NCBI GenBank assembly: GCA_002633005.1
Contig: NMRA01000090.1
Span: 236,752 to 300,751, forward strand
From: Phoronis australis
Taxonomy: Eukaryota; Animalia; Phoronida
Reading direction: 5' to 3'
Length of the DNA stretch: 64,000 bases
The translations under genes were made by a program, and so were the position numbers. This document shows, piece by piece, positions 24,585 through 37,604 of this stretch (position 1 is its first letter; every line of letters begins with the position of its first letter). The notes beneath the pieces are model-generated. The model did not search any database. It was not told the DNA's origin and was given only the letters and a program-made list of their open reading frames with translations.

Positions 24585-27500
24585 GTATGGCTCATTTGTG
24601 TTACTGAATTTTACTCACTTGAAAAATCAATGCAATGATGAGCAGTGAGGGTTCCTTAGTTTAATGTTAACTCTGGTCTGGGACAAAATTTGAAATATTT
24701 GCACTTTTTGCTTTGAGAGCAGGGCATGTTTCCTTTGTTCTGGATCGGCAAAGTTTTAGCTTCTATTTAACTGTCATCATTAGGAATTCAGGTCGTTTCA
24801 CAATACCTTGTACTTGGTTAATAGATTTGTACAAGAACTGCTGTCATCAAGAGGACTGTTAATCACAAAATCTTATCAGCTATTGTGTGCAGTAGAACAA
24901 TTATAGCAATAGCGATTGCTTCAAAGCAATAAAACAAAATAAATTGATTTCTCACATGACCTGGAATGTGTTACGACACGACTGGTTAATAACACCGAGT
25001 GTTACGAAATTTTTTTTCATATTTCATGGGCGAATCACAAAGTAATGCAGAGTAGAAATCCATGCGCCTTACATTTTACTTGCATGCAAAACACTAAAAT
25101 GACCAAACCCACGTCAACCAAACTATGCCGGAATTCTGAGAAGGTTGCAAGGTTATGAGTGACAAATCGGCTGTCCCAACTGTACTTACTCCGTGTCAGA
25201 AGGACATGCAACGAACTTCTTAAATGGACCAATCTTTGGCAGAGAATTCCACATCCATGTTCATTCAAATGAAGACAAGCCCCAACTGAATAAATGCAGA
25301 GAGACTGTCTTGATGTGCTGTCTCTTAGTGCTCATGTGCGGGGAAGCCTTGCTGACTGTTATTTAGAAACAGTTTTTAAGTGTTAACATAACAACTTCAA
25401 AGACTACCGGGTATTTATTAGATTCTAACTTGAATGTTTGCCACAATAGCTGAATGTAATTTACAATAATATTCTTAAGCTTAAAATAAAACTATTGACA
25501 AAAAGTAACTGAATTACTTTACATTGCACAAGCGTGTTTTTACAAAAAGTTGCGTGGTGGTTGAAAGTTTTAGACACGTCGATTTTTTCAAGAGGTTTGG
25601 CCCATGTCATGAACCTGAAACTGGTGTAGGATTCTCTATTTATATCATGGGCTTAAACTGGTCATTTTTAGAACTGTACGACTTCCGAAATTGACTTTCT
25701 CTTAATAAGCAGTAAAGTCATTTTTACCCATGTAGCACTGGAATTTGCTTACTTGAGCACCATTGTGAGATGTGAGAGACGGGCAAATATTTGACTCCGT
25801 TTTTCTGTATTTTGTTACTTCAATTGGATGTCTCAAAAACTCATTCTTTTAGGTTTTGATTGTTCATAAAAAATGTGTTTTATTAAATCTTAAAATTTTC
25901 ATAAATGAAATAGGCCTCTGGCATATGCCTATGTAGAAATCCTATCAATACTTATTTTCTTACACCTCGCTTTAATAGGATAAAATCTCAGTCACCAATT
26001 TTGGTCAAAATTTATTTCCAAAATTGCCTTTTTTATTTTTTGAATCTACATTCTTCTGAATGCCCATGCCCATGATATTTCCAAAGCATTGTCTAGCAGC
26101 CGTAGTACAAAACGTGAACATGGAAAATCATTTAATGTAGGAGCTTCAAATGTTTTATGGAAAATGATAATATACATGAGGAACCCTGGAGTCCAGGTAA
26201 AACGTGACTGTAGGATGATGATCGCGGAGGGTTGGAGTCTCCTAATGCTAACAGCGTAACCTACTGAATTCACCAGCTGCTTAGGCTCCTTGGTGACATA
26301 TGTAATCCTTTATCAAGTCTCATTATATCATAAAACTATAGGTGCCTGTTGACTTTTGACAGCCCAGTCAGATGGCTTTCTATGTGTTGCCAGGGAATGG
26401 TATAATTGAAACTTGCGCTTCAGTTCACAAATTTACTTGACAATGGGTTTTGACTTGAATTTTTGCCTGTACTATGTCCAACATGAAACTTTCACATGTA
26501 CCATAGGCATATTGTATCCTAAATTTTACCATAACGTTGCAGTTTTGAGCATTGACAAACCTAATTTAAAATCAGCTGGCACCGCAAAGCGTATGGGACA
26601 TGTTTCCACAATCCGACATAACACATCTAGTTTCTAATTTAGCAATGTTTTTAACCCTATCTTTTCGGTTAAGAAGTCAAAATATATTTTAGAACTACTA
26701 TTTTTCTGAAGGCGACACAACTTTACTTGAGATTTGACCAAAACACATTACAATATAGCATAATTAATGGTAAGTTTGTAACCCATTATCTAACTAAATA
26801 AACATTAGAAACTCTGGCCCTTTTCATGACCCCTTTTACTTTGCCAATAGGTTTCTACAAGAGACATTGTCATCAAGAAACCTGTTTATCAGGAATGCCC
26901 ATCTGAGGTCATTTTGTTGGTAGCAAAGCACATGACATACTCTGTTACGCACCCGACTGACTGGTCTGCTAGTGGGAATACAGCCTTGTCATTATAAGTG
27001 TGGCAGTGGCAAACCAATGTTTACATAGTCTAGCTCTCTTATTGTCTGTTTTCATCTGATAAAATCAGGTAATCCAGCAATTGTGTTGTAAACAGTGCGC
27101 CTGACTTGATAACGAATATTTAAAATTACTATTTTGCAAACGAGTTTCAACAAACGTTGTGAAGCAGATGTGTTTTTTGTGAAAAAAATTTCACCAAAAA
27201 AACTTCGAATGAGGAGAAACGGTTGACTTTCAGAGAAATTAGACTCAACATTCACCTGTTAGGTAGTTCCATTTGATTTTAGTAACAGTCTTTAGTGGTA
27301 CGTAATTGGCCCGCAAGTTGTTTAACAAGATAGTAGGCTGCGAGAAACTTAACAATGAAGTAGATTGATATCTGGGTATGGCCTCATTTGGAAACTGCTG
27401 TCATCTTGGAACTAAATGAGAGGTTTTTTTAATAGTTAGAAGTGATGTTGGTCAACAGCTTACTAGAAATAATAGCAACAACTTTTGAAGAGAGTGAAAA

Positions 27501-27729
27501 CTGTTTCTCGGAAAGCAGTGCAAACAGCAGCCGCTACGACTTATCAAAGTAACATTACGCTTAGAACAAATACTGGCTGACCTTCTCACTGAAGACTTCA
27601 TTCAGGCTTCCTGCTTTTATTCTTGGTCTCGTCAAAAACCAGTATTTGTTTATGTACATAATGTGAGTGCTTGACTAACACACCATGAGTGGTTATGGAT
27701 GTTTTCATTTTGTTTTTGCATTCCTTCAG

Positions 27730-27906
27730 GAGAACGAACTTAACGACATGGTCCTGAATACCACCAAGATTGATGCAAACTTCGGCCATCTGTTTGATAA
27801 GACATTAGTGAATGATGACCTGAATGCAACCTTTCACGAACTGTGTGCGACAGTGAGAAAGTTGGAGTGTGAGCCGCAGTGGATCCCTGTGTCGTGGATA
27901 AAATAG
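27730..27906 (+). CDS. MPP7: MPP7-like terminal coding exon with stop codon
   Basis: ttcag|GAG...TAG; ENELNDMVLNTTKIDANFGHLFDKTLVNDDLNATFHELCATVRKLECEPQWIPVSWIK*, typical MPP C-terminus (GHLFD...NDDL...WxPVSW). Confidence 0.95.
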   Translation, partial: ENELNDMVLNTTKIDANFGHLFDKTLVNDDLNATFHELCATVRKLECEPQWIPVSWIK

Positions 27907-29139
27907 TGATAGTTGTTGTCTGCTCAGTTGAAAGTGAACTGCGGTAGGAAGCTGTGTCGTGGAATGAACACCAGGATTGGGAAGCACCATTTAATCAATA
28001 CAGCCACTCTTAGTTGATTCAACTGTGTTGCAAGGTGACTATGTAGTCGTCAACATTAGAAAATGAAAACACACATCCGGATCAAGGCCATACTGCATGA
28101 CGGCGTTTTCCTGTTCAGTGACCAGACGTTGAGGGTTGTGAGCGTGTGATAACATCTAGCTTCTTTGTTAACTGCCAAGCACAGTCTTTTGTCTGGTATG
28201 ATAACAGGCAGGCCAATTATCTACCATACTTATTACAGACCATGTGTGAACAGTCAAACCACAGCGTTCGGAAAGAATAGATTGTCGTAAGTTCGGTTGT
28301 AGTTGGGTGATTTTGGCGATTCAAAAACTAAACATGATCAGCATTTGACGAGGAATTCAGAAATGCTATTGGCTTATGTTCAAATTTGTTATAACTTACC
28401 TTTGTTTTTAACGACACAGCCCAGTCAGGCTAGATACGATCTTATTGGATATTGGAGCAGTTATCGAAAAAAGTGAAGTGCCCCTCCAACCATCAATGCC
28501 AGAATGGAGTTAATCTGTCGTGTAAGATATTGGCCACACTGGTGATCTTCCCAACTTTTTGTTGGGCTATAGAATCGAACAAGTTTGGAGCAACGGGAAA
28601 ATGCGGTAATGGCAAGAGACAAATGTTTTCCAAATACACACCAACATTGTTTTTTTTAGTCAGTGTTATGCTCGTGAAATGGGGCTAAGGAAAGCGCAAA
28701 AATGTAGATAACGTCAATTTTCTGCATTTCAAATACTGGGACATCAAATCCAGTGGTGAGACACAGATAAAGCTTCAAAAAGAGGGATATTTGCTTCAAA
28801 AAGCAGGACAGTTGCGTCAAGATTGGGACTGTTGGCAACTGTTGAAAGTTTATAAAAAACTCCCTGCCTCGAAAGTTTAACAGAGACATTCGCAAACAAG
28901 GCTTTAAAAAGCAGCTATGGAATCCCTTTTGGGATTGTTCAACTCAGAGGGAAAATAATTGGAAAATTGCAAGATGTTACTAATTTTTCAGCTTTCAAGT
29001 ACTGTACTGAGAAGGGACAGTTATAGGACTGCTTTGGAAATTTCCAGTTAAGTTTTTACATTGAATGTAAGCATAATGCAAAATGACCTTGATGCAGTTA
29101 TTAAGACTTCTAGGATTGTAAAGTTGATAGGCTAGAGAT

Positions 29140-29410
29140 CTGTTATATGAAATTAAAAACTTTATTTGTTAGAGATCTGTCTACAGTGGTATTATGGACT
29201 GGAATTGCTAGAGATCTACGCGAGATTATGAATTGGACTGGCTAGAGATCTCCTACCTTAGATTATAAACTGGACTTGCTAAAGATCTTATATGTGCAAT
29301 TATAAACTGGAATGGCTCGAGATCTTCTACATGAGATTATAAACTGGACTGCAGCTAGAGATCTACATGGAGTTATAAAGTGGACTGGCTAGAGATCTAC
29401 ATGGGATTGA
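29140..29410. repeat. Degenerate ~31-34-bp tandem repeat downstream of the MPP7 stop codon
   Basis: Recurring gagattataaactggactggctagagatct(ac) units. Confidence 0.8.
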
Positions 29411-30664
29411 GATATTCCACATGAGAACAGAACCAAGAAGCCAAGCCTGCACACTACTATATAGTGTCACCTAATTTCGCTAAGGCTCAATGAGGCTGAC
29501 TTATGGATATACATGAATTGGGCTTATATTTTTTTAATGCTTAGTATCAATGTCTGATACATATGCATTTAGAAATTCCAGGTCATCATGTCACACTTCA
29601 GCAATTTTGTCCAGGGGACTTAATCCAAGATCGCTGCCATAGAAACAGTGAAATCTACTTTGTGTGTAATGTAGATTATATGTATGATATGTCCTGTCAC
29701 ATGTTTCAGATATCATTAACACACTGCCGTCTTTGCCAATTCTGTATAATGCTGAGAAACCAAGATAATTGCCACAAATGGCCAAAATATGATCAAAGTT
29801 CCACTTATTGAATGTTCTCCTGTCTTATACTGACACATGTATTGAGACCTTACACAAAGAAAATTCATTTATTACATCTATACAATAACACAAATCCACT
29901 TCATCAATAATATTTGTCAGTGATTGGATCATGAAAACATAAGTTCACAAATTGCACAAGGCATTAGGTATGTATATGGCGATTATCTTGGTTTTTCGTC
30001 ATTATACAGTGTTGGTGAAGGTGGCAGTGGATTGCTGATTCCTGAAAGCACGTGAAAGGACATATACATGTATGTCTCATCTTGTAGCAACCATATGAAC
30101 TAAAGTGGATTCCCTCAATTCTATGGTGGCCACTTTGGATTAAGTCCCCTGGACAAAATTGCTCAAGGGTGACATCATGTCACCTGGCAGTTTCAAAGTA
30201 TATGTATTAGACATCAAAGATAAACAATAAAAAACTTGTATGCCAAATTCACGTCAAACCAATATATACAGTCTGTTTGCCGGACTAACTGGGTTAAGCA
30301 AAGCTATGAGATTTGAAATGTGAATTTTGTATGATCAATGTTAGTATTCCATTTAACTTAATATTTTATTTGATGTTATCCTCTAATTTTTTTCTCAACA
30401 GTGGAATGCTGAATGAATCAAACCTCAAAGATAGTTCAAATTATATACTGCTATCCTGACAACATGTTTTATATAGTCCAATGTAGTTAACTATTTTTAA
30501 TGTTATGATTCTTCACTTATTTCGCTCAAAAAAGATTGCCGAAATTGTCATTTTTCAAATGTTGATTATCTGGTAACTTAGAACTTCTAACATATATCTG
30601 CTCAGTACAAACAAACCCAAGAATACACCTAATGTTTATGTTATTTTTGATGAGAAATTTGACA

Positions 30665-30670
30665 AATAAA
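30665..30670 (+). terminator. Candidate polyadenylation signal of the MPP7-like gene
   Basis: AATAAA after a long AT-rich tract, near where CpG depletion ends; no transcript evidence and other AATAAA hexamers exist. Confidence 0.25.
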
Positions 30671-33465
30671 ATTTCAGTCATATTGTGTGCTGAACATGTG
30701 AAGAATTACAGCTAACAGCATGTGATTAAAACACTATGAAAATGGATCACATCTGCAAAGGTGAATGGCAGTCATTTACCGTTAATATTTTATATTATAA
30801 TATGATCCAAACTGATGGAATAGTAAACAATACAAAGAGTATGATGAACGACTTTCAGTGAACCTACGAAGAGGTACATGAGGACCAAGCGCGGCACCAT
30901 TTGAATTGCGGACAGGTTTAACTCAATTACAGTGCGTCCTATTTTTTTCCCAACAAGATTTCTATCAACTGAGTAAAATGTCTCCGATGATATTTAGAGA
31001 TCTGATTGACTGATTTCAGTGAAACGTTTCCCAGAGTTATATGATGACAATGTCCCTACAACGTTTCTTTTTTCGACGGGATTCTACTACTGCAGCACCT
31101 CTTTGTGACCCTAGACACATGTCATTTGTGGAGCACCTTGGGTGCATGTCAGTGGCCCGGCGTTGCCCTCCCTGTGCCTCCCTGTTTCTACTTTTGCCTC
31201 CCTGTGCCTCTCACTCGGGACGTACTTTCATGGTGCCCCAATAAGCCTTTTCACTGAGTGTTGTACAATGACCCCAAGTAACTTTGTAAAATTAAAAGTA
31301 TGACCCGGGTCGCTTTTAAAGGGGTTTAAATTTAATGTGAACTACTGTGAAATTGACCTCATTGGGGTCATATAAATAAATGACAGGTTCATTAAAGCGT
31401 TCTCCCGTTCAGTACAGCAGTAGTGAGCGTGTGATAACATCTAGTAGCTCCTTTGTTAACAGCCGAGCATAGTCTTTTGACTGTTAGGACAATATGCAGA
31501 TAGATTATCTACCAGGCTTATAACCGATCACATGTGAACACAGTCAAAGCCAGTACGTTGGTACGTTCGGACCGAATAGATTGCCTTAACGGCGGGGTCA
31601 TGCATCGGCTCGGTTCAGTGGGTATATTACCATTCGGTTTTGGGTGGGAAATTCTGTATTTTGGGTAAAGGGTGGATGCTTAATTCAGTCGTACAGGTTT
31701 CATATTTTGGTTACTATGCACTGTATTTTTCCGCAAGTTTCGTCACAAAACAGAGAGCTAGTAAGCAAGTAGTGCAAATCTATAAAATTTCCAATATCAA
31801 CTTCGACACAAGTACAGATTTTGCATTGATTTGTTTGTTTTGATACACAGAAAACGTCTGATTTTGGAATACAAAATGAGTTTTTAAAAGCATTATATAT
31901 TTCAAAAGAGAATACATTATTCACTTAGATGTACTGATTTCGATGGCTGGCGAGTAAGTTCGAGGATGTTATTTTTAATACATGTATAAATACAGATGAT
32001 TGTCATTAATACCAAATATTTACTTAAAAATACTTAACAAACAGCATCATCATTGGCTAACATATCGTATGCCGGTCAATAATTATCCTTTTTTTTCTTA
32101 AATGGTCTCGATCACCAAGACTCAGTGATGTGGAAACAACGCATATAGTCGCTCCGCTTAGACTGTGGTGGCAGAACATAAAAACCTAGTTGCATCACCA
32201 CTAAACTCCATGACCGAACCAAAAACACTCAATGGCAGGCTGCAGGCATAACACTGCGAGCCCCCGCATTTCCTGACTGATGCCGCAGGGCTCCCATGAG
32301 TGTTTTCCGATTTTTGTCCTGTGTAGCGCTGACCAATATGGCGTCATATTGACAACGCGAGCTGCACGTATCTGAGTGACACACGCCCGGTCTATGTGAT
32401 GTCTATGGTACCATTATTACATTTTACGACAGCGACATCATATTTCATGAGTTTGCATGAGTTTACACGGAGGAAAACGGTTCTTGCACTTAACTCCTCC
32501 TTTCTCGGATAGTTTTTAAGAATGAAATTCTATCAAAGGTGCCAGCTCGAATTTGTAGATGGGTCCCTATGCGCTTTCCATTGTTGTTTTAACATGAGTA
32601 ATTTTTTGGTATAGTCAAAAATGTACCCCGTACGATTTCAACTCCAGACGAAAGGAGTTTCCAAGATCAGGTAACTCGTTTTTATTGTTAAAGCGTTCTT
32701 GGAATCTTTTCTTGGCGCTCACAGGTCACACCCATTTGTCAGTCCGGCATCACAGTAAACACAGTTCCCTTAATACAATAGAAACAATGACATCGTATTT
32801 TGGTTAAAATTTATCGCATTTCTTCTGGAACAAACGACAATAACGCGGAGAAGCCAACACCCGTTTTAGTCCACGATAGTTTGATATACCAGCTAGTGTT
32901 TTATTGCCTTGGAATCATGGCTAATGCTCCACACAAAAGGGGTAAGACCAAAGTTTCTGATGCCGAAGGACGGGTTCTGTCTACCACCTTAGGTACGAAT
33001 GACAATTTTTTAAAGACATTCTGGCGGAAAGAAATAAAAGCACGCATTTATTTGCGGGCAGGTTGATAGATTTCACTAGTGCAAGAGCAAAAGTTCGCGT
33101 TTGAGAAGGGGGAGCCAATTCGTTTTAGAAAGTGGCGGCATAGTATCGTGTTTTAAACAGCTAAAAGCTTAAAGATATCATTGTTCCTATGTTGTCAAAC
33201 CTGTCTGAAATAATGGTGGTAACAACTGATCAAACCGTAACTTGTATATGTAAAAATGAGAGGCCTATGTGGGGAAATAGAAAATATTTTTCCACTCTGA
33301 AATGACGCAGTCATTTTGCTCATACCGGGTTTAGGTCGATAGTTTAATGGGGCAATAGTCCGAAAAATGCTGACCGTCGACCTTTTTTCTTTCTATCATC
33401 TCTTAAGATAAAATATCAATTAAAATTGCTATTTGGTCAATTTTCGTTAGTCCGAAGCACATATA

Positions 33466-35689
33466 TTTAATATTAAGAAGAAAGGTGTATCAACGAATAT
33501 TAAACCGGAGGAATGGATAAATTATTTCAGCTCTCTGTTCGAAGGCCAATATTTTGTTACTAATCCGGAGTTCGCTGAGTTTCATGCTTTTATTGAGAAC
33601 TCAGTAAAAAATGACATCAATTCAAGTAATGCAGTTGTTGATATGGAGTTGGACGCTGAAATCACAAAAGACGAAATTATACAAACCATCGGTAGTATGA
33701 AAGATGGAACTTCGCCAGGATGTGATAAAATTAGCATTGAGTTCTACAAGTATGCTGATAAAAAGTTGGTAGATTCGCTGTTCCAGCTTTACAACTACTT
33801 TTTTAAAAATGGTGTGTTTCCAAAAGAATGGACAAAATCCATTATAGTACCGATATTTAAGGGCGGTACCAAAATTCCTGAAAATTTCAGAGGAATATCC
33901 CTCATGCAAGTCACGGCCAAAATATTCGAAAAAATATTGTGCCAGCGACTTCAAAAATGGTCGGAAAGAGAAAACGTAATTAGTATGTCTCAAGCTGCGT
34001 TTAGGAAAGGACACAGTACGGTGGATCACATGTTTGCTTTATATACGTTAATAATTAAATATTTGACACGAGATAAAGGTAGATTCTATTGTGCTTTCGT
34101 GGATTTTAAGGCAGCTTATGACAGTATATATAGAAGCGCATTGTATTTTAAATTAAGAAACAATCGCATAGAAGGTAAGATGTATAAGATAATAAAAGCA
34201 ATGTACGCTGAAGTAAAAGCGTGCGTGAAAATGAGTAACGGAAGCTACACGGAGTTCTTTGATTGTCATAATGGTCTAAAACAAGGCTCTCAGCTATCAC
34301 CGTTTTTGTTTATTTTATTTATAAACGATCTCGAACAAGAATTAGAATCCGGGGGAGGTGAAACAATTTCCATGGGATCAGCTGAATTATTGCATCTGCT
34401 GTTTGCTGATGATTTGGTTTTATTTTCTTATAGTGTGAAAGGACTGCAGAAAAAATTGAACATTTTATATGAGTATAGCCAGAAATGGAAATTGATTGTT
34501 AACATGTCGAAGACTAAGATAATTGTTTTCAGAAAAGGTGGAATGTTACGATCGTATGAAAAATGGACGTATGATGGGAATACTGTTAATATTGTAAATG
34601 CATACAAATATCTAGGATTAATGTTTACTACGAAAGGTTCGTGGTCTTGCGCACAGAAAACTCTATCATTACAGGCTACTAAGGCAGTGAATTTGATGAG
34701 AAAAAATGTCAATGGTTTTAATGCACTCCCTGTTAAAGTTAGTTTAAAATTATTCGATTGTAAAATATTGCCGATACTTCATTATGGCTGTGAGATCTGG
34801 GGTTTTAATGATTGCGAATGTATTGAAATAGTCCACACAAAATTTTGTAAAGAAATTTTAAATTTGCCTAGCACGGCAATTTCATCGACTGCTAGAGGTG
34901 AGATGGGTCGTTACTCCTTGATTGCTTACCGACTTCCTAGAATTATGAAATATTGGTTAAAACTATTAAAAACCGATGAGTCAAAAATTACATATCATTG
35001 CTATGAATGGCAGTACAATATGACGGAAAATGTTAATAAACCGTGCTGGGTTAATGATGTTAAGAAATTGTTATTTCAGTTTGGTTTTGGAGAAGCATGG
35101 TATAATCAGGGTGTAGGTTCCGAGACAAGCTTCATATCACTTTTTAAACAAAGATGCAAAGATATTGATCAGCAAAAATGGCAAGATATTTTGAACAATT
35201 CGATTAAGCTGGAAACTTACAGAACTTTTAAGTTAAATATATGTTTTGAAAACTATTTAGATGTAATTGACAATGTAAATGTTAGATCTGATATGGTGAG
35301 ATTGAGATGTTCAGCGCATGCACTAATGATTGAAAAGGGTAGACACTTGAAACTTAACAGAACAGAAAGGTTATGCCCTCTCTGTGTTAGGACATATGTC
35401 GAGTCGGAATATCATTTTGTTATCGAATGCCCATTCTACGATGACCTTAGGAAACGATATTTGCCTGCATGGAGCTACAACAATCCCAATGTTACAAAAT
35501 TCAACAGACTCATGACTATGGAGGAAAAAGATCTTATATGGTCAACATGTAAATATGTTCATTTCGCATTCAAGCGAAGAAGAATTCGGTTTACTTCTAG
35601 TGATTGACACTTACCTTTATTGTATTTGATGATTTGATTGTAACAAGGGCCGGAGGCCTAGTTATTGAATAAATATATATATATATATA
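33466..35689 (+). mobile_element. 5'-truncated non-LTR retrotransposon (RTE-X-like LINE)
   Basis: Frame open from 33451 to 35607 with no endonuclease domain; short 3' UTR, AATAAA and a (TA)n tail at ~35672-35689; the 5' boundary is approximate. Confidence 0.9.
33643..35607 (+). CDS. LINE ORF2 fragment: reverse transcriptase plus C-terminal CCHC motif
   Basis: RT motifs SPGCD, PIFKGG...PENFRGISL, QAAFR, FVDFKAAYD, GLKQGSQLSPFLF, LFADD, YKYLG; C-terminal ERLCPLC...ESEYHFVIECPFY. Confidence 0.95.
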   Translation: MELDAEITKDEIIQTIGSMKDGTSPGCDKISIEFYKYADKKLVDSLFQLYNYFFKNGVFPKEWTKSIIVPIFKGGTKIPENFRGISLMQVTAKIFEKILCQRLQKWSERENVISMSQAAFRKGHSTVDHMFALYTLIIKYLTRDKGRFYCAFVDFKAAYDSIYRSALYFKLRNNRIEGKMYKIIKAMYAEVKACVKMSNGSYTEFFDCHNGLKQGSQLSPFLFILFINDLEQELESGGGETISMGSAELLHLLFADDLVLFSYSVKGLQKKLNILYEYSQKWKLIVNMSKTKIIVFRKGGMLRSYEKWTYDGNTVNIVNAYKYLGLMFTTKGSWSCAQKTLSLQATKAVNLMRKNVNGFNALPVKVSLKLFDCKILPILHYGCEIWGFNDCECIEIVHTKFCKEILNLPSTAISSTARGEMGRYSLIAYRLPRIMKYWLKLLKTDESKITYHCYEWQYNMTENVNKPCWVNDVKKLLFQFGFGEAWYNQGVGSETSFISLFKQRCKDIDQQKWQDILNNSIKLETYRTFKLNICFENYLDVIDNVNVRSDMVRLRCSAHALMIEKGRHLKLNRTERLCPLCVRTYVESEYHFVIECPFYDDLRKRYLPAWSYNNPNVTKFNRLMTMEEKDLIWSTCKYVHFAFKRRRIRFTSSD

Positions 35690-36535
35690 CTGGTAAAGAA
35701 AACAGGTATTGGATATTCTGATATTAATGGACGTGAAGCCACGTGTCTCGTGAGGCGATATTTTTTGTGTTGGTGCTCGATGAAAACAATACCCGTGGTT
35801 GTAGGCAGAAAATTTGGTGTAGTAACCCGTTTCCTGCATCGCATAAAAAGCGCATATTAAGCATCGCTGACTTCGACGTTGCCATTTTTGTTCCTTACAA
35901 CCCACTTTCAATGAAACCTAGTTCAAATCACTCAGTACAATCACTGAATGCTGGAACCCGTTCCACATAAAATTGTTCCGTGTTTGTATTTCCGTTACCA
36001 ACTATTCTAATGACCCAGTGACCGCAGTCGCTAGTTATCGAAAAAATGTCTACCTTCAGAATTCAACTTAAAACAATTTTTGAACGAGACCCAGTTCTTT
36101 GAAAATGATAACACCGTGGGTATCTCCACGTTTACATGTAGCTGTAAGTCTCAAGTAAACGATTGCAGTCTAAATTCAGTTCTTTGTGGCAAAGTATAGA
36201 AGGGTATAGTCATATTTTCAAACAATACCGTGCTTGCCGATATATCAGAAATAATTTTTGAAATGGCGCATGCCTAATGAAAATGTCAACCTCCTCGTTT
36301 CCACAAAGTAGGCCCACTCGGCATCCACAGCTGTGATGACGTTTCTCACAACATCGTTAATTAAGGCTGAACATAAGAACACCTTTAAACGCTTGCTGTC
36401 CATTATTGGAAGCCTAGTGAAAACATTGAACCACAAATGAGATGATTTTAAAATCTTTAAGGACCATGATATATTAATACTTTTCTAAAACATGTATTAT
36501 TTATATTGCACGATGTCCTTGGTAAATAAATTCAA

Positions 36536-36555
36536 AATAATGATAATGATAATAG

Positions 36556-36633
<78 letters not shown>

Positions 36634-36720
36634 TAATTATACCGATAACAAGTACTAATAGTAATATTAGTAATGATGGTAATAGCAATAATAGTAATGT
36701 TGTAGTAATAAAAATGATAA
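36536..36720. repeat. (ATA)n microsatellite with degenerate flanks
   Basis: Pure (ata)n at ~36563-36630; explains the poly-Ile ORFs on both strands. Confidence 0.95.
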
Positions 36721-37555
36721 TGGGTATCCAGATTTATGCCGTGTCAGCCCGGAGGGCATTCCTATAGAAGAGATATACCAAAAGAGTGTTTTTTCACACC
36801 AAAAATACTCTCCAAGATGATGTTATTTTCTACAAAATACTATATTCAAATTTTTCGGTTGGCAGCCCTCGTCCAAAAATACTCGAGTACCTACCCTTGG
36901 CCGTGTCAGATACCACGTGTTTGTGATTTTGGTAATTTTCTTTGTAATATGACGTTGGTTTCGTAAAATGTAGCAATGCTATACAGGATTACTCTGATTC
37001 GGGATAATCGCCAGAGGGATATGACAACTGTCATAATGTATATATTAAGGCCTTTTGAACTCTATTTATTTCACTGCAATGCCAACATTTTTAACTTGGG
37101 AGGGTGCAGACAGAAAACGTGATATAAAAACGAAACACCCCACTAGGCATTTGAAGCATATGATAAACATTCATGATTCCGTGAAGTCGTCCCGTGTCAT
37201 GTAAAGGAAAATTTTGTTTAAGTTCATTGGAAAACGACTGAATTTATACAAATATTTAATTGGTGCGATAAGCGTGACGCGAGATACGCTTGAGCCTACG
37301 GTTTACATTCAATAATAAATCTGACAAATTCTTTATTTATGGTGAACACGTCGGTGGAGACATTGACGTCACCTCCTCTGCTAGACTATCGGAAAATCAA
37401 TTACGACCACGTCGTAGATTCATTATTTCATTAATCCAAACCAATAATGATATGCAGTCATTCCACCACCACCTTGGCTAAAGCCCAACAAAAGGTGGTT
37501 CTTTGCTTTCTTCATCATTGCCAGCACTTAGTGGAGTCAGAACCTTACAATAATC

Positions 37556-37604
37556 ATGTTCGTCGTTTACATCTGCCTCGTTATGACGTACGCAGCCAAC
37601 TTTG
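37556..37604 (+). CDS. Multi-ShKT secreted protein, first coding exon (signal peptide)
   Basis: ataatcATG...G|gtaaga; MFVVYICLVMTYAANF continues in phase 1 into AIA-DSD, a hydrophobic leader with an AxA cleavage motif. Confidence 0.75.

Noticed and set aside
7836-27906. Assignment to MPP5/PALS1 because of AHF and GLVPGK in the SH3 domain
   Set aside because: PCKEAGL, GPxGVGxNELK, [25 protein letters not shown] and WxPVSW fit MPP7/Metro better; a phylogeny would settle it
33622-34712. Antisense ORFs (135 aa and 94 aa) inside the LINE
   Set aside because: Shadow frames of the RT ORF with no recognisable motifs
33643-35607. RT as part of a retron, DGR or domesticated RT system
   Set aside because: Ordinary non-LTR RT with a CCHC tail, 5' truncation, 3' microsatellite and related decayed copies. 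The similar ShKT exons 7 and 8 do not differ specifically at adenines, so they are not a template/variable repeat pair
36492-36767. Poly-Ile ORFs on both strands
   Set aside because: (ATA)n microsatellite
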